The notes: generated by a model from the sequence alone, not told the origin. 64,000 nucleotides of DNA from Acidobacteriota bacterium (GCA_035506515.1 DATJPG010000072.1:2353-66352), one strand, 5' to 3'. Shown: positions 20,119 through 30,979, numbered from the stretch's first letter. Translations and numbers: made by a program.

Positions 20119-21002
20119 GCCGCGACTATCTGGCGGAATTCGAGAATTTTTTGCGGATTGAAAAGGGGCACTCGGCAAATACCGTGACGGCATACTCTCA
20201 CGATCTGGAGAAACTCTTTGAATTCTGCAAGGTCGAAGGATTGGACATCACCCGGCTCGGCAGGGAAGATATTCTCAATTGGAGCAGGCAACTGCTCAGC
20301 CATGGATTATCAGCCCGGTCTACAAGCAGAGCGTTGAACGCAGCCCGCAGTTTTTTCAGATTTCTCCTGGGCGACCGCATCATTGCGGCAGATCCCACGG
20401 AACAACTCGAGACCCCGCGCTCCCTGAAACCGCTGCCGAGATTTTTGACCAAAGAGGAGGTAGAACGGCTGCTGGCTGCACCCGACACAGACACACCGCT
20501 GGGATCCAGGGATCGCGCGATGCTCGAAATTCTATATGCTTCGGGCCTTCGCGTCAGCGAGTTGATTCAGCTTACCCTGACTCAAGTCGATTTCAATCTG
20601 GGGATCCTCTCGTGCATGGGGAAAGGGAGCAAGGAAAGAATCGTTCCGGTCGGTGCGACGGCTCAATCCAGGCTGGAGGAATATGTCCGGAGGTACCGTT
20701 CCGCAATCCTCGACAAAAGGAAAAGCAATTATCTGTTTGTAACCGCCAGAAGCGCTCGGATGACCCGACAGGCGTTCTGGAAGCTAATCCGGCGTTACGG
20801 CATTAAGGCAAATATCAGGAAGTCCCTGACTCCCCACATGCTCCGGCACAGCTTTGCCACGCACCTGCTCGAGAATGGAGCCGACCTTCGATCCGTGCAG
20901 CTGATGCTGGGGCATTCCGATATATCCACAACGCAGATTTATACGCACATCACACGAGAGCGCCTGAAGCAGTTGTATAACAAATTTCACCCGAGAGCCT
21001 GA
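20115..21002 (+). CDS. xerD: Chromosomal tyrosine recombinase XerD
   Basis: [42 protein letters not shown]; translationally coupled to murJ. Confidence 0.85.
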   Translation: MSRDYLAEFENFLRIEKGHSANTVTAYSHDLEKLFEFCKVEGLDITRLGREDILNWSRQLLSHGLSARSTSRALNAARSFFRFLLGDRIIAADPTEQLETPRSLKPLPRFLTKEEVERLLAAPDTDTPLGSRDRAMLEILYASGLRVSELIQLTLTQVDFNLGILSCMGKGSKERIVPVGATAQSRLEEYVRRYRSAILDKRKSNYLFVTARSARMTRQAFWKLIRRYGIKANIRKSLTPHMLRHSFATHLLENGADLRSVQLMLGHSDISTTQIYTHITRERLKQLYNKFHPRA

Positions 21003-21039
21003 GGCCTGTCGGATAAGAAATTAGACTCGCAGCCATCGC

Positions 21040-23388
21040 TCATGTTCGAATGGAAAACAGCAGGACAAATCCCGAAGCGCCGAACACGATATTGGGAGCC
21101 CAGGCAGCCAAAACCGGCACAAGATAGCCGTACGCTCCCAGGGCTTCAAACACACCGGAAATCCCCCAAAACGAAATCGCGATCGCGATGCTCATTGCAA
21201 TTCCATAAAATGCGCCTCTCTTGCCCATGAAAAAAGAGAACGGGATGCCCAGCAGAGCCATGATGAGGCAGCTTAGCGGAAACGCTATTTTTTTGTGAAG
21301 CTCGACCTGGAGTTCCGTAGCGTTGTACCCGGATTTCTTCAGATAGTCTATTTCGCTCTTTAATTCGAAATATTTCAGCTTCGAAGACTCCTTGGGCTGG
21401 AATATCTCCCTCTCGAAATAGCTCGCCTTTTCGGGGAGGTAGATCTCCTCCCGGTCGATTTTTTTGAAGCCGGATTGCGCCGAATGGTAATCCCGAATCC
21501 ATCCGTCCTCGATGACCCACAAACCGGTATTTTCGATATGCGCCCGCGAAGCGTACATCCACCTGCGAATTTGCACCGAAGCCAGGTTGGTGTCAAAAAC
21601 ATTGAGATTGACGAAGGAGTCCTGATTGCTGTCGAAATACTCATAGTTGAAAATACGGCCCGATTCCCCGAAGATCCACTTCCTTTGCATTCGGCTGGAT
21701 GTTTGCGGCGGACGCCCTTTGATGACGTTCCGTATGTTCTCCTGGCGGACATTTGCATAGGGAAGGATATAATCCTGCAACAGGAAAACGCTGCAGCAGA
21801 ATCCCGTAGCGATCAAAAAAATCGGCAGGGAAATACGGTACAGGCTCCACCCACCGGCTTTGATCGCCGTTATCTCCGAGTTCTTTTCCAAAATTCCGAA
21901 ATTGATCAGAATGGAGAGCAGAATCGAGACCGGAACGGTGATCATCAATATCTGCGGCGTCAGAAAGGTAAAATAGTCCAAAACACTGTAGGCCGAAATT
22001 CCATTTCGAATAATATCATCCAGCAGGTCAAATAGCGTGAGAAGAACAAATAACGTGCCGCAGGTGATCAGGGACCAGAAGAAATAAACGAAAAATCCTC
22101 TGGAAATATAAAAGTCGAAGACCTTCGGAAATCCAAAGCGCGCATACCGGCCGTTCGATGCGGAAACAGTCGCAGGGCCGGCGGCTGCAACCCGTTTAGA
22201 CAAGCGGGTAATTCCAAATTTTGTAATTATAGTATCCCATTTAAAATGCCACAGAACTCTCGATAAATAAGGAAGAAAATTGAATCCATGCTCCACCCTG
22301 GAAAACAGAATCAGGCCTACTGCGGATAGAAGAATATTGGCGCTCCAGGCACCCCAAAACGGGCTGATCTTTCCAACCTGAGCCAGACGAAATCCATTGA
22401 AAAACAACACATAAAAGACGATGACTGTCAGAAGACTAAGCGCAAATCCGGTGGTTCGGCTTCCTCTGGAAGGGCCTGCGGCCAAGGCAAGTCCGAGCAC
22501 GGCAAACGGGAAAACGGCAAACGGGAGCGCAATGCGCTTATTCAACTCCACAAGTTGAAGAATTCTCACGTTCTGGGGAGCCAGTCTGTAATTGCGCCAC
22601 AGATAACCGGTTTTCAGTTCCGAGATCTTTTTGGGCGTATGCTCGGCCTTTTTGGTCGTATCCGGGTTTTTCTTCTTAATCGGGATTTCCAAAGAGGAAA
22701 ACCGGATCATGCTGTCCTGGCTGAGATCCTTGGTATTGACGGCGTAGCTCGCACCGCCATCAAGATGCAGCTGAAGGCTTACCTTGGAATCGTCGCCGAC
22801 CCATTCGCCATTACGCGCAATGATGGCACGCGGCGATTTGGGATCGGAATTATCCGCCAAAAAAACTCTGGACAGGTGCTGTTTGTCGGAAGAAAGGTCG
22901 TCCACATAAAAGACGATGCCCGGAAATTCCTCATTAAACACGCGTGGCTGAATCATGGAGGTGGCCAGCGTAAGATTGGCGTCTTCCATCATTTTGCTGA
23001 CGAACGCGTTCGCCCTGGGCATGACCACGATGGAAAAAAAGGCCGTAATACAACCTACGCCGAGTCCAAAAAGGAGGATGAACCTGAGAAAGGATCGAAC
23101 TGGAATTCCGCATGCCCGAAGGGCGGTGATTTGGCTTTCGCCGGACAGACCGCTGCAGCCGATCAGAATGCCGATGAGGTAGGCCAGCGGAAGGGAAAAT
23201 ATAAGGATGCCGGGAAGAATTGCGGCACTCACACCGACGACGATATCGAAGGAAGTATTTTTGCTGAGAAGCAGTTCGGATCGGCTACCGATGAATTCGA
23301 AAAAGAGAACAAAAGTCAAAACGAGGAGGGCGATCAAAAAGGGCGGAATAATGGCGCGATATAAGAGCCGGCTAAGAGTGCGAATCAT
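21040..23388 (-). CDS. Fused LPS export permease LptF-LptG
   Basis: Two tandem YjgP/YjgQ domains (SGESQITALRACG; EKNSEITAIKAGG), each with TM3-periplasmic beta-TM3 layout. Confidence 0.88.
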   Translation of the reverse strand: MIRTLSRLLYRAIIPPFLIALLVLTFVLFFEFIGSRSELLLSKNTSFDIVVGVSAAILPGILIFSLPLAYLIGILIGCSGLSGESQITALRACGIPVRSFLRFILLFGLGVGCITAFFSIVVMPRANAFVSKMMEDANLTLATSMIQPRVFNEEFPGIVFYVDDLSSDKQHLSRVFLADNSDPKSPRAIIARNGEWVGDDSKVSLQLHLDGGASYAVNTKDLSQDSMIRFSSLEIPIKKKNPDTTKKAEHTPKKISELKTGYLWRNYRLAPQNVRILQLVELNKRIALPFAVFPFAVLGLALAAGPSRGSRTTGFALSLLTVIVFYVLFFNGFRLAQVGKISPFWGAWSANILLSAVGLILFSRVEHGFNFLPYLSRVLWHFKWDTIITKFGITRLSKRVAAAGPATVSASNGRYARFGFPKVFDFYISRGFFVYFFWSLITCGTLFVLLTLFDLLDDIIRNGISAYSVLDYFTFLTPQILMITVPVSILLSILINFGILEKNSEITAIKAGGWSLYRISLPIFLIATGFCCSVFLLQDYILPYANVRQENIRNVIKGRPPQTSSRMQRKWIFGESGRIFNYEYFDSNQDSFVNLNVFDTNLASVQIRRWMYASRAHIENTGLWVIEDGWIRDYHSAQSGFKKIDREEIYLPEKASYFEREIFQPKESSKLKYFELKSEIDYLKKSGYNATELQVELHKKIAFPLSCLIMALLGIPFSFFMGKRGAFYGIAMSIAIAISFWGISGVFEALGAYGYLVPVLAAWAPNIVFGASGFVLLFSIRT

Positions 23389-23624
23389 TTCAGGCAAAAG
23401 ACTAGCATAGCGCGGTAAATAATTGCAACCCATTGTAAACAAAGGTGATTTTTAAGAGGTCCGCGAGTCCCGCATTCCATGGATTTTCCGCAATCACAAC
23501 TTCTGATAAGATATCTTATGTAAACTCGCAGTTGTGCGGGATTTTCTCTGTAATACGGCTCTCCAGGCCGAACTGACCGTTTCTAAAGTTTAGCGGGTTA
23601 ACCCTGATGCTCTGCTCCGGAGGC

Positions 23625-24122
23625 TTACATCTTGTATTTGCCGAGGTCTTCCGGGTTGAGATTTTCAAGCCACTTCTTTATATCTTCAGGCGTACTGCGC
23701 TGGGCAGATAAATTATTTGTGGCGTTGCTGGCGGATTTTGCGAGAACTTCATCGGTGACAAAGATCGGAGAATCTGTGCGCAAGGCCAAAGCGATTGCAT
23801 CCGAAGGCCTTGAATCCACGGTCACGACCTTCCCACCGGCATTTAGAAATATGAGTGCATAAAAAGTATTATCTTTAAGCTCGGTAACCACAATCTTGGT
23901 CACTTTAACGTCCAGGTGATTTAAGAGCCCCTTGATGAGGTCGTGGGTCATTGGGCGCGGAGTATCTACCTTTTCTATCTGCAAGGCTATGGCATTGGCT
24001 TCGAAGATCCCGACCCAGATCGGCAGCAACGTGTCGCTGGAAGACTCCTGTAAAACAACGATGGGGGAATTTGTCAGCGGGTCCATCATCAGACCTTTAA
24101 TTTTGAACTCGATTTCCTTCAT
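23625..24122 (-). CDS. Bifunctional nuclease family protein (DUF151)
   Basis: LPIWVGIFEANAI, RPMTHDL, DSRPSDAIALA. Confidence 0.9.
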   Translation of the reverse strand: MKEIEFKIKGLMMDPLTNSPIVVLQESSSDTLLPIWVGIFEANAIALQIEKVDTPRPMTHDLIKGLLNHLDVKVTKIVVTELKDNTFYALIFLNAGGKVVTVDSRPSDAIALALRTDSPIFVTDEVLAKSASNATNNLSAQRSTPEDIKKWLENLNPEDLGKYKM

Positions 24123-24191
24123 GGCTTCTCCCTCGGTCTGCAATAAATCCCGTCAGAGTTGTGCGTTGGCCCCTTTTCAGGCTTCGTAAAA

Positions 24192-25565
24192 CTAATTATT
24201 TCCCGGGCGAATCATTGTGTTTTGCGGGCCTTCTTCAATCTTCATAAGCTGGCGCATCCAGGTGCCCTTGAGACTATTGGGACTGAATCCAGTAATCTCC
24301 ACCTGTTCAAAACGGCCTATGAGGGCATCCGGCCCGTCAAAATTGACGATTTTGTTGTTGCTGAGCCGTCCCATCAGCCGCAGCCGGCTGCGCGCATTCC
24401 CTTCAACGAGTACTTCAGCCTTTTGCCCCAAATAGCCCTCGTTGATCCGATTCTGAATCTGCTTCTGCTTGCGCTGAAGCGTATCGAGTCGCCTTCCCTT
24501 CTCCTCCTCCGGCACATCGTCCGGGAAATTCAGGGCCGCCGTAAAAGGTCGCGGCGAATATTTGAAGGAGAAAGCACTGTCGTATTGTACCGCATCGAGC
24601 AGACTGAGAGTATCCTGAAAATCCGATTCGGTTTCCCCTGGGAAGCCGACGATGATATCCGTGGATATCGCGATGGGTCGCGGCGCTGCGTGGATCTTGC
24701 CGATCATATCGAGATATCTTTCGCGTGTATATCCGCGGCGCATCGCCCGCAATACCTTGCTGGACCCGCTTTGAACAGGCAGATGAATTTGATTGCAGAC
24801 CGCGGGACAGGAGATCATCACTTCCAGGAGTTCGTCCGAGAAGTCGCTGGGATGCGGGGATGTAAACCGGATGCGGCGGATGCCCCTAACACCCGCGATG
24901 CGTCGCAGCAGCTCTGCGAAATTCACGACTTCGCCTGACCGGTCGCAATAGGAATTAACGGTTTGCCCGAGAAGAACGATTTCCACGTACCCTTTGGAAG
25001 CGAGCGTCCGGACTTCGCGGATAATTTCGGCGCTTTCGCGCACCCTTTCCTTTCCCCGTGTAAGAGGGACTACGCAGAATGCACATTGGCGGTTACAGCC
25101 TTCGCTGATGGTGATGTTCGCGCGCCACGCGCTGCCTCGCATAATGTATGGGGACTCGAGAGGGCTGGGCATTTCGTCGGTTCGTAGATCGACGACGGGT
25201 TCCGGCGACTTTGCGCTGAGTTCGACGAGCTGCCCCATGGCGTTTCCTTTTTGCGGACCCGCCACCAGATTCACGAACGGTGCTTTCTTCAGAATCCTGT
25301 CTTTTTCGAGTTGCGCCATGCATCCGACGACGCCCACGAGCAGATCCCTGCGCTTCGCCTTGTACTGTCTGATTTCTCCGAGCCTGGCGTAGACTTTTTG
25401 GACGGCTTTCTCACGGACGCTGCAGGTATTCAGAATGATGATATCCGCTTCGGAGGCATCCGAGACCGGCTCCATCCCTTCGTGGGAAAGGCTGCCGGCT
25501 ATTTTTTCGGAATCGAGATCGTTCATCTGGCAACCGAAGGTCTCGATAAAATAACGCTTTGACAT
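24192..25565 (-). CDS. miaB: tRNA-2-methylthio-N6-dimethylallyladenosine synthase
   Basis: TFGCQMN, NTCSVRE, radical SAM CNRQCAFC, DIIVGFPGET, C-terminal TRAM. Confidence 0.95.
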   Translation of the reverse strand: MSKRYFIETFGCQMNDLDSEKIAGSLSHEGMEPVSDASEADIIILNTCSVREKAVQKVYARLGEIRQYKAKRRDLLVGVVGCMAQLEKDRILKKAPFVNLVAGPQKGNAMGQLVELSAKSPEPVVDLRTDEMPSPLESPYIMRGSAWRANITISEGCNRQCAFCVVPLTRGKERVRESAEIIREVRTLASKGYVEIVLLGQTVNSYCDRSGEVVNFAELLRRIAGVRGIRRIRFTSPHPSDFSDELLEVMISCPAVCNQIHLPVQSGSSKVLRAMRRGYTRERYLDMIGKIHAAPRPIAISTDIIVGFPGETESDFQDTLSLLDAVQYDSAFSFKYSPRPFTAALNFPDDVPEEEKGRRLDTLQRKQKQIQNRINEGYLGQKAEVLVEGNARSRLRLMGRLSNNKIVNFDGPDALIGRFEQVEITGFSPNSLKGTWMRQLMKIEEGPQNTMIRPGNN

Positions 25566-25574
25566 ACTCTGTTG

Positions 25575-27287
25575 CTATCTTTTCTTTCTTTCGCCCATGG
25601 CGTATTCCAGCATCTCCTGCGCATGATCGCGTGCCGTCTGGGTAATGGTTTCGCCTCCCAGCATCCTGGAAAGCTCCTGGATTCGTTCCGAAGCGCTCAG
25701 AGACTTTACGATCGTTTCGGTCCGGCCGCCGATTTCCACTTTCCGCACGCTGAAATGGCAGCGGGCGAACGCCGCGATCTGCGGCAGGTGCGTCACGCAC
25801 AGGACCTGGTTGTCCTCGGCGATGCTCCGCAGGCGTCTTCCCACCGCTTCCGCCACGCGCCCGCCGATGCCCGCATCCACCTCGTCGAAAACAAATGTCT
25901 TATCCGCCTCTTCATTCCGGCAGAGCGACTTGATGCCGAGCATCAGGCGCGACAATTCTCCGCCCGACGCGATTTTGGCAAGGGGCCGTATCTCCTCGCC
26001 CTTGTTCGGAGCGAGTAAGAACTCTACACGGTCGATGCCATGGAGTCCATAGGAAGCCGGAAGCACGCCCGTACCCTTGTTCTCTGAATACGCGCCGAAT
26101 TGAACGTGTATCTGCATGCGCTCCATGGCCAGCGCTTTGAATTCCTCTTCAATTTCGTCCTGGAACTTTGCCGCATCCTTGCGGCGCTTTTCCGAGAGCT
26201 TTTGCGCGCTCCTGCGATACGCATCCAACTCGGATTCGAACTGCCGGGAAAGGTTTTCCGAACGGTCGGCATAGGCCAGGATCTGATCCAGTTCGCTTTG
26301 GCAGCTGTCCAGGAACTGAAGAATCTCTCCGCAGGATGCTCCATATTTTTTCGTCAATTTTTCCAACGCATACAACCGCTGGTGGACTTGCTCGAGGCGC
26401 TCGGGGCTGAAATCGCTCCCCGCCGCATAATCCCGTGCCATGTACGCAATATCCTGGAGCTTGTACTTGGAATCCTGCAGCGCCTCCTGCTGCATCCCCC
26501 AGTTCTTGTCGAAAGGGCTCAGTTCCTCAAGAATCTTTTCAACGCGGTTTATCTGCCTGAGTATGGAAACCTCCCCCTCATACAGAATCCCGAATGCTTC
26601 GGTCGCCAGGGCCAGAATTTTTTCGCGATTGGTTAGGATATTGCGCTCATTTTCAAGTTCTTCTTTTTCATCCGGTCCCGGGTTGATGCCTCGAATTTCC
26701 TCTATCTGATATTGAAGGACGTCCATGCGCCGCAGCCGTTCCTGTTCGCTCGATGCCATGGACTCGATCTGGCGCGCTGTCGCACTTAGCTTCCCGAAGG
26801 CTTCCTGAACCTCCTTAAGGAGAGCTCCATTGTTTCCAAAGTAATCAAGCCATTCCCGGTGCGTGGATAAATCCAACAGGGATCTCTGATCCTGCTGGCC
26901 GTGAATGTCCGCCAGCTTGTCCCCCAGGGATTTCAAAAGTGACAAAGTTGCCAGGTGGTTATTGATGAAGATCCTGTTGCGCCCGGACGAAGCTATTTCC
27001 CTTCGGATGAGCAGCGTATCGTCCTCGCCCTCGAAACCCGCATCCGCGAGCGATCGGGAAACGCTTCCTTTTGCCTCAATCTCGAAGAGTCCTTCCAGCA
27101 TCGCTGCGTCACAATCGGATCGGATTATTTCCTGGGATGATCGGGCCCCTAGCAATAGACCCAGCGCGTCCACTAAAATGGACTTTCCTGAGCCGGTTTC
27201 TCCGGTCAGCAGATTCAAGCCGCGATCAAACTCGATTTCCAGGTCGCGTATCAGCGCCAGGTTGCGAATCCGTAGAACACGAAGCAT
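25575..27287 (-). CDS. recN: DNA repair protein RecN
   Basis: TGETGSGKS, DIHGQ, coiled coil, ASGGELSR, FDEVDAG, VTHLPQIA. Confidence 0.96.
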   Translation of the reverse strand: MLRVLRIRNLALIRDLEIEFDRGLNLLTGETGSGKSILVDALGLLLGARSSQEIIRSDCDAAMLEGLFEIEAKGSVSRSLADAGFEGEDDTLLIRREIASSGRNRIFINNHLATLSLLKSLGDKLADIHGQQDQRSLLDLSTHREWLDYFGNNGALLKEVQEAFGKLSATARQIESMASSEQERLRRMDVLQYQIEEIRGINPGPDEKEELENERNILTNREKILALATEAFGILYEGEVSILRQINRVEKILEELSPFDKNWGMQQEALQDSKYKLQDIAYMARDYAAGSDFSPERLEQVHQRLYALEKLTKKYGASCGEILQFLDSCQSELDQILAYADRSENLSRQFESELDAYRRSAQKLSEKRRKDAAKFQDEIEEEFKALAMERMQIHVQFGAYSENKGTGVLPASYGLHGIDRVEFLLAPNKGEEIRPLAKIASGGELSRLMLGIKSLCRNEEADKTFVFDEVDAGIGGRVAEAVGRRLRSIAEDNQVLCVTHLPQIAAFARCHFSVRKVEIGGRTETIVKSLSASERIQELSRMLGGETITQTARDHAQEMLEYAMGERKKR

Positions 27288-27457
27288 TTAGTGACCCTTG
27301 CAGAGCGGATAATACACAATTTTGAGTCTAACATAGGAAGGTTTGGCAAGGACAGTACCAAAGGGAATTGCCGCAGCCCGGCGGCGCCATCTCTTTATTT
27401 AGAGCTCGATTCACCGCAGGAAGAAATTCCTAAATCGATTGACTTGAATTGTAGCCT

Positions 27458-28231
27458 GTGATACTTCTGCGTTTTAAGCACATTTTCACGGGAGGAACCG
27501 TTATCATCGCACCGAACCCAATATTGCTGGAAACCGTTGACACTGCGCCCTTTGGAGGGACAATCTTCGGGCTTTTTGCCCATGTCAGCGTGTTTGCATG
27601 GATCATCCTGATTCTCTTGCTTTTCTTTTCGCTGCTTTCATGGTCGATCATTTTCCGGAAATGGACGACCTTCAAGCTGATTGAGCAAAAGAGTCATGCT
27701 TTTGTGGACCTCTTTCGGACAAGCTCACGGCTGAGTGAAGTCGCCTCGGCTTGCGCATCCTACCGGGGCTCTCCCTTGTCGGGTATTTTCACCGCCGGGT
27801 ACCAGGAACTCAATACGGCGATCCAGACCTTGAATGCCAAAAATCCCGACCACCCGGTTTTAAACGACCGTCATTTCGTTGCCATCCAGCGGTCGCTTTT
27901 GAGGGCCAGCGCCGCGGAGCTATCGCTGATTGAAAAAGGCATGAGCTGGCTTGCGACGACTGGCTCTGTGACGCCGTTCGTCGGACTCCTCGGCACCGTC
28001 GTCGGGATCATCAATGCTTTCACGAGCCTCGGATTTGAAAAGACCGCTTCTATCCAGGCGGTAGCCCCCGGAATTGCCGAGGCGCTGTTCACGACGGCGG
28101 CGGGATTGTTTGCCGCAATTCCAGCCGTTATCGCCTACAACCAATTCGTTGCCAGAATGAAGAATATTGCAGCCGAAATGGATGATTTTTCGTCGGAGTT
28201 CATAAATCTCGTCGAACGGAGCTTCAGCTGA
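27458..28231 (+). CDS. tolQ: TolQ / MotA-ExbB family proton channel
   Basis: PFVGLLGTV.GI..AF, VAPGIAEAL..TAAGL..AIPA; start uncertain. Confidence 0.88.
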   Translation: MILLRFKHIFTGGTVIIAPNPILLETVDTAPFGGTIFGLFAHVSVFAWIILILLLFFSLLSWSIIFRKWTTFKLIEQKSHAFVDLFRTSSRLSEVASACASYRGSPLSGIFTAGYQELNTAIQTLNAKNPDHPVLNDRHFVAIQRSLLRASAAELSLIEKGMSWLATTGSVTPFVGLLGTVVGIINAFTSLGFEKTASIQAVAPGIAEALFTTAAGLFAAIPAVIAYNQFVARMKNIAAEMDDFSSEFINLVERSFS

Positions 28232-28653
28232 TGGCTTTCACCACGCCACAGGGCCGAACGGCCACTTCTCTTTCCGAAATCAACGTCACGCCGCTGGTGG
28301 ACGTGATGCTTGTGTTGCTCATCATTTTCATGGTGACGGCGCCGATGCTGCAGACCGGAATAGATGTGGAACTTCCGGAGACAAAAAACGTAAAAGATGT
28401 GAACCCGGAAGAAAGGATCATTATTTCCATCAGCCGTGAAGAGTTCATTTATTACGGCTCGGAGGCCATCAACCTTTTTGCCATTCCGGACCGACTAAAG
28501 AAGGATGCTAAAGGGCCGAAGGATTCCATTTTTTTAAGAGCGGATAAGGACGTCAAATGGAAGGATATTGTATCGGTGATTGACGCGATTCGCGGCGCCG
28601 GTTTCACCGAGATAAAACTTGTGACAAGGCCTTTCAAGGAATCCCGAAAGTAA
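28231..28653 (+). CDS. tolR: TolR / ExbD family protein
   Basis: EINVTPLVDVMLVLLIIFMVTAP; LRADK. Confidence 0.9.
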   Translation: MAFTTPQGRTATSLSEINVTPLVDVMLVLLIIFMVTAPMLQTGIDVELPETKNVKDVNPEERIIISISREEFIYYGSEAINLFAIPDRLKKDAKGPKDSIFLRADKDVKWKDIVSVIDAIRGAGFTEIKLVTRPFKESRK

Positions 28654-28682
28654 GAGAACGCGATAACGCCAAACCGGTCATC

Positions 28683-29474
28683 ATGAACAGCCGCCCTGCA
28701 ACGATTCTGGACATTCCACTTATTGAAGAAAAACTTACGCCGTCTGTTCTCGCGTCAGTTCTGGCGCATGTCGCCATGCTCCTGATCCTGGTCTTTGCAG
28801 GCTATATGCTCCCTACCAAGGTGATTCAAATCGGCAGCGGTGCCGGCGGTGGAACCGGCGGGGATGTGTCCACGGTGGGAGTTGTCGATGATCTTTCGGG
28901 CGGCGCGGGGATGATCAAGCCATCCCTTGTTCCGAAACCGCCCGCGCTTCTGGAAGAAACACCCAGCGATCCATCGAAGGCAATACCGCTGCCACAGACG
29001 CTGGAGCCACAAAAGAAAAAGCCTGAGAAGACCGATTCGAAGACGGCCGCCAAGATAAGCCCCAAATCCAACATCATCCCCGTCGCACCAGAGCCCGGCT
29101 CCGGAGGAGTCGGCGGACGCAGCGGAGGGTCCGGCGGCGGAATCGGTGGCGGCAACGGAATCTCCATAGGCTCGGGATCCGGAGGATTCGGAGATTCCTG
29201 GTATGCGCGCGCTGTTGAGACGCGGATCGGCGAGTACTGGACGCGGCCCCCGCGAGGCGTCCATGTGGAAATTATTTACAGCTTTTTCATTGCAGGCGAC
29301 GGTACGGTGAATGGTATTAAGCAGGAAAAATCATCCGGGAATGCGGCATTGGACTTAGATGCGGAGAGTGCTATTCGCGCGCTGCAGACAAACCCTTTAC
29401 CGCCGCCGCCGCAGGAATTCCGCGGAAGGCGGATTCAATTCATCGCCCAGTTCGTTTATCCGCCAAACCCATGA
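28683..29474 (+). CDS. TolA-like / TonB C-terminal domain protein
   Basis: One TM helix with S-x3-H, Pro/Lys- and Gly-rich linker, C-terminal SSGNAALD..A..AI motif; between tolR and tolB. Confidence 0.78.
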   Translation: MNSRPATILDIPLIEEKLTPSVLASVLAHVAMLLILVFAGYMLPTKVIQIGSGAGGGTGGDVSTVGVVDDLSGGAGMIKPSLVPKPPALLEETPSDPSKAIPLPQTLEPQKKKPEKTDSKTAAKISPKSNIIPVAPEPGSGGVGGRSGGSGGGIGGGNGISIGSGSGGFGDSWYARAVETRIGEYWTRPPRGVHVEIIYSFFIAGDGTVNGIKQEKSSGNAALDLDAESAIRALQTNPLPPPPQEFRGRRIQFIAQFVYPPNP

Positions 29475-29496
29475 TCGCTTCCGACAGAGGGATACG

Positions 29497-30843
29497 ATGA
29501 CCGCTAAGGGATCACTGTTTGTTTTATTGCTTCTCTTCTGTACTCTTCCCGTTCTCCATACGCAGGAACCCGCAATCATGATTCATCCGCGGGCGTCGGA
29601 AGAAATCATCCTGGCAGTGGTCGATGCGCAACCGGCCGCTTCGCAGAAATCCGCCGAGCTCACCGAGGCCGTGAAGACCTTCAATCAGGTTCTTTGGGAT
29701 GATCTGGACTTTTCCGGATTTTTCACGTTGGCCGGCAAGAGTTATTACCCACCGCAGCCCATTGTCCGCCCGGAAGACATCAATTATGAAACATGGAATA
29801 CGCTTCCTTTCAAAGTCAGTTTCCTAACAATGGCGACGCTGGATCTTCGCGACGGCGTGCTGCACGCCGAGGTGCGCATTATAGATATGAAGCAGAGATC
29901 CGTGAGCTTCGGAACGGACTTCCAGGGAAATGCGGATCAGGTGCGCGGCATAGCACACCGTTGGGCCGATGAAATTGTCTATAAGCTTTCTGCCGGCGCC
30001 TCCCGGGGGATTGCATCCACCAAGGTCGCCTATGTCGTGCGCAAGGGGAACGCGAAAGAAATCTACTTGATGGACTATGACGGCTACAATCAGACCGTGT
30101 TTACGCAAAACGGCGCGCTCAATCTGTTCCCGAGCTGGGCTCCGGATAATTCCAAAATCGCTTTTACGAGCAACCGAACCCGCATTTGGGAAATCAATAT
30201 TTATTCCTATACGGATGGCTCGCGGCTTCCCTTCCCGATTTTTAATTCATTTGCTTCCACGCCGGCGATCTCTCCCGATGGCACACAAATCGCATATGCC
30301 CTGAGGACGCCCAGGGGAGACACCGACATTTTTGTTTCCCGGCTGAACGGTTCCGATCGCCGGGATATTACAAACAACCCCGCGGTGGATACCTCCCCAA
30401 CATGGTCGCCTTCCGGCAAGCAGATTGCGTATGCGTCGGGGAGCGAAGGCGTGGGAAGCCAGATATACATTTGCGATGCCGACGGCGCCAACGTTCGCAA
30501 AATAACCAAAGAAGGAGGGGATTCGGATTCCCCTGCGTGGTCTCCGGACGGGAAATGGATCGCCTTTCACTGGAAACCCCACATGAGCACAAAGTATGAC
30601 CTTTTTATCGCCGATGCAAGCAGCGGAAAAATCCGCCAATTGACAAGCGGCAACGGGAGCAACGAAAACCCGTCCTGGGCGCCGGACAGCAGGCATCTCG
30701 TGTTTCAATCGAACCGCAATGGGAGCACGCAGATATACATCATGCTGCTACAGGATGATTCAGAACCGCGCATGATTACGCGGCAGGGGACGAATACGTG
30801 CCCTGCCTGGAGCGGCTATTTCCGCAGGGAGACCAAGAACTAG
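29497..30843 (+). CDS. tolB: Tol-Pal beta-propeller protein TolB
   Basis: Signal peptide, DLDFSGFF, repeated PD40 motifs (PSWAPD, PAISPDG, PTWSPSG, PAWSPDG). Confidence 0.93.
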   Translation: MTAKGSLFVLLLLFCTLPVLHTQEPAIMIHPRASEEIILAVVDAQPAASQKSAELTEAVKTFNQVLWDDLDFSGFFTLAGKSYYPPQPIVRPEDINYETWNTLPFKVSFLTMATLDLRDGVLHAEVRIIDMKQRSVSFGTDFQGNADQVRGIAHRWADEIVYKLSAGASRGIASTKVAYVVRKGNAKEIYLMDYDGYNQTVFTQNGALNLFPSWAPDNSKIAFTSNRTRIWEINIYSYTDGSRLPFPIFNSFASTPAISPDGTQIAYALRTPRGDTDIFVSRLNGSDRRDITNNPAVDTSPTWSPSGKQIAYASGSEGVGSQIYICDADGANVRKITKEGGDSDSPAWSPDGKWIAFHWKPHMSTKYDLFIADASSGKIRQLTSGNGSNENPSWAPDSRHLVFQSNRNGSTQIYIMLLQDDSEPRMITRQGTNTCPAWSGYFRRETKN

Positions 30844-30979
30844 GATTTGGAGACAGGACGTATTTGTTCGCGTCCGTCTGCATGCTATACTTCACAAACG
30901 GAATGCATTCAGATGCACACGTGCTGCAATTTATAGAAGATTTCAAACAACGCGGATGTATGAGAAGGAGATGCCCCAA

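Noticed and set aside
20115-21002. Phage or island integrase
   Set aside because: Size, motifs and coupling to murJ fit chromosomal XerD; no att sites or cargo nearby.
25138-25150. Xer dif site (CGCATAATGTATG)
   Set aside because: Only a partial XerC-arm resemblance inside miaB coding sequence, with no XerD arm (TTATGTTAAAT).
29095-29190. Gly-rich GGC/GGA repeats in the TolA-like gene as a VNTR or contingency locus
   Set aside because: Degenerate low-complexity linker coding, with no exact tandem unit.
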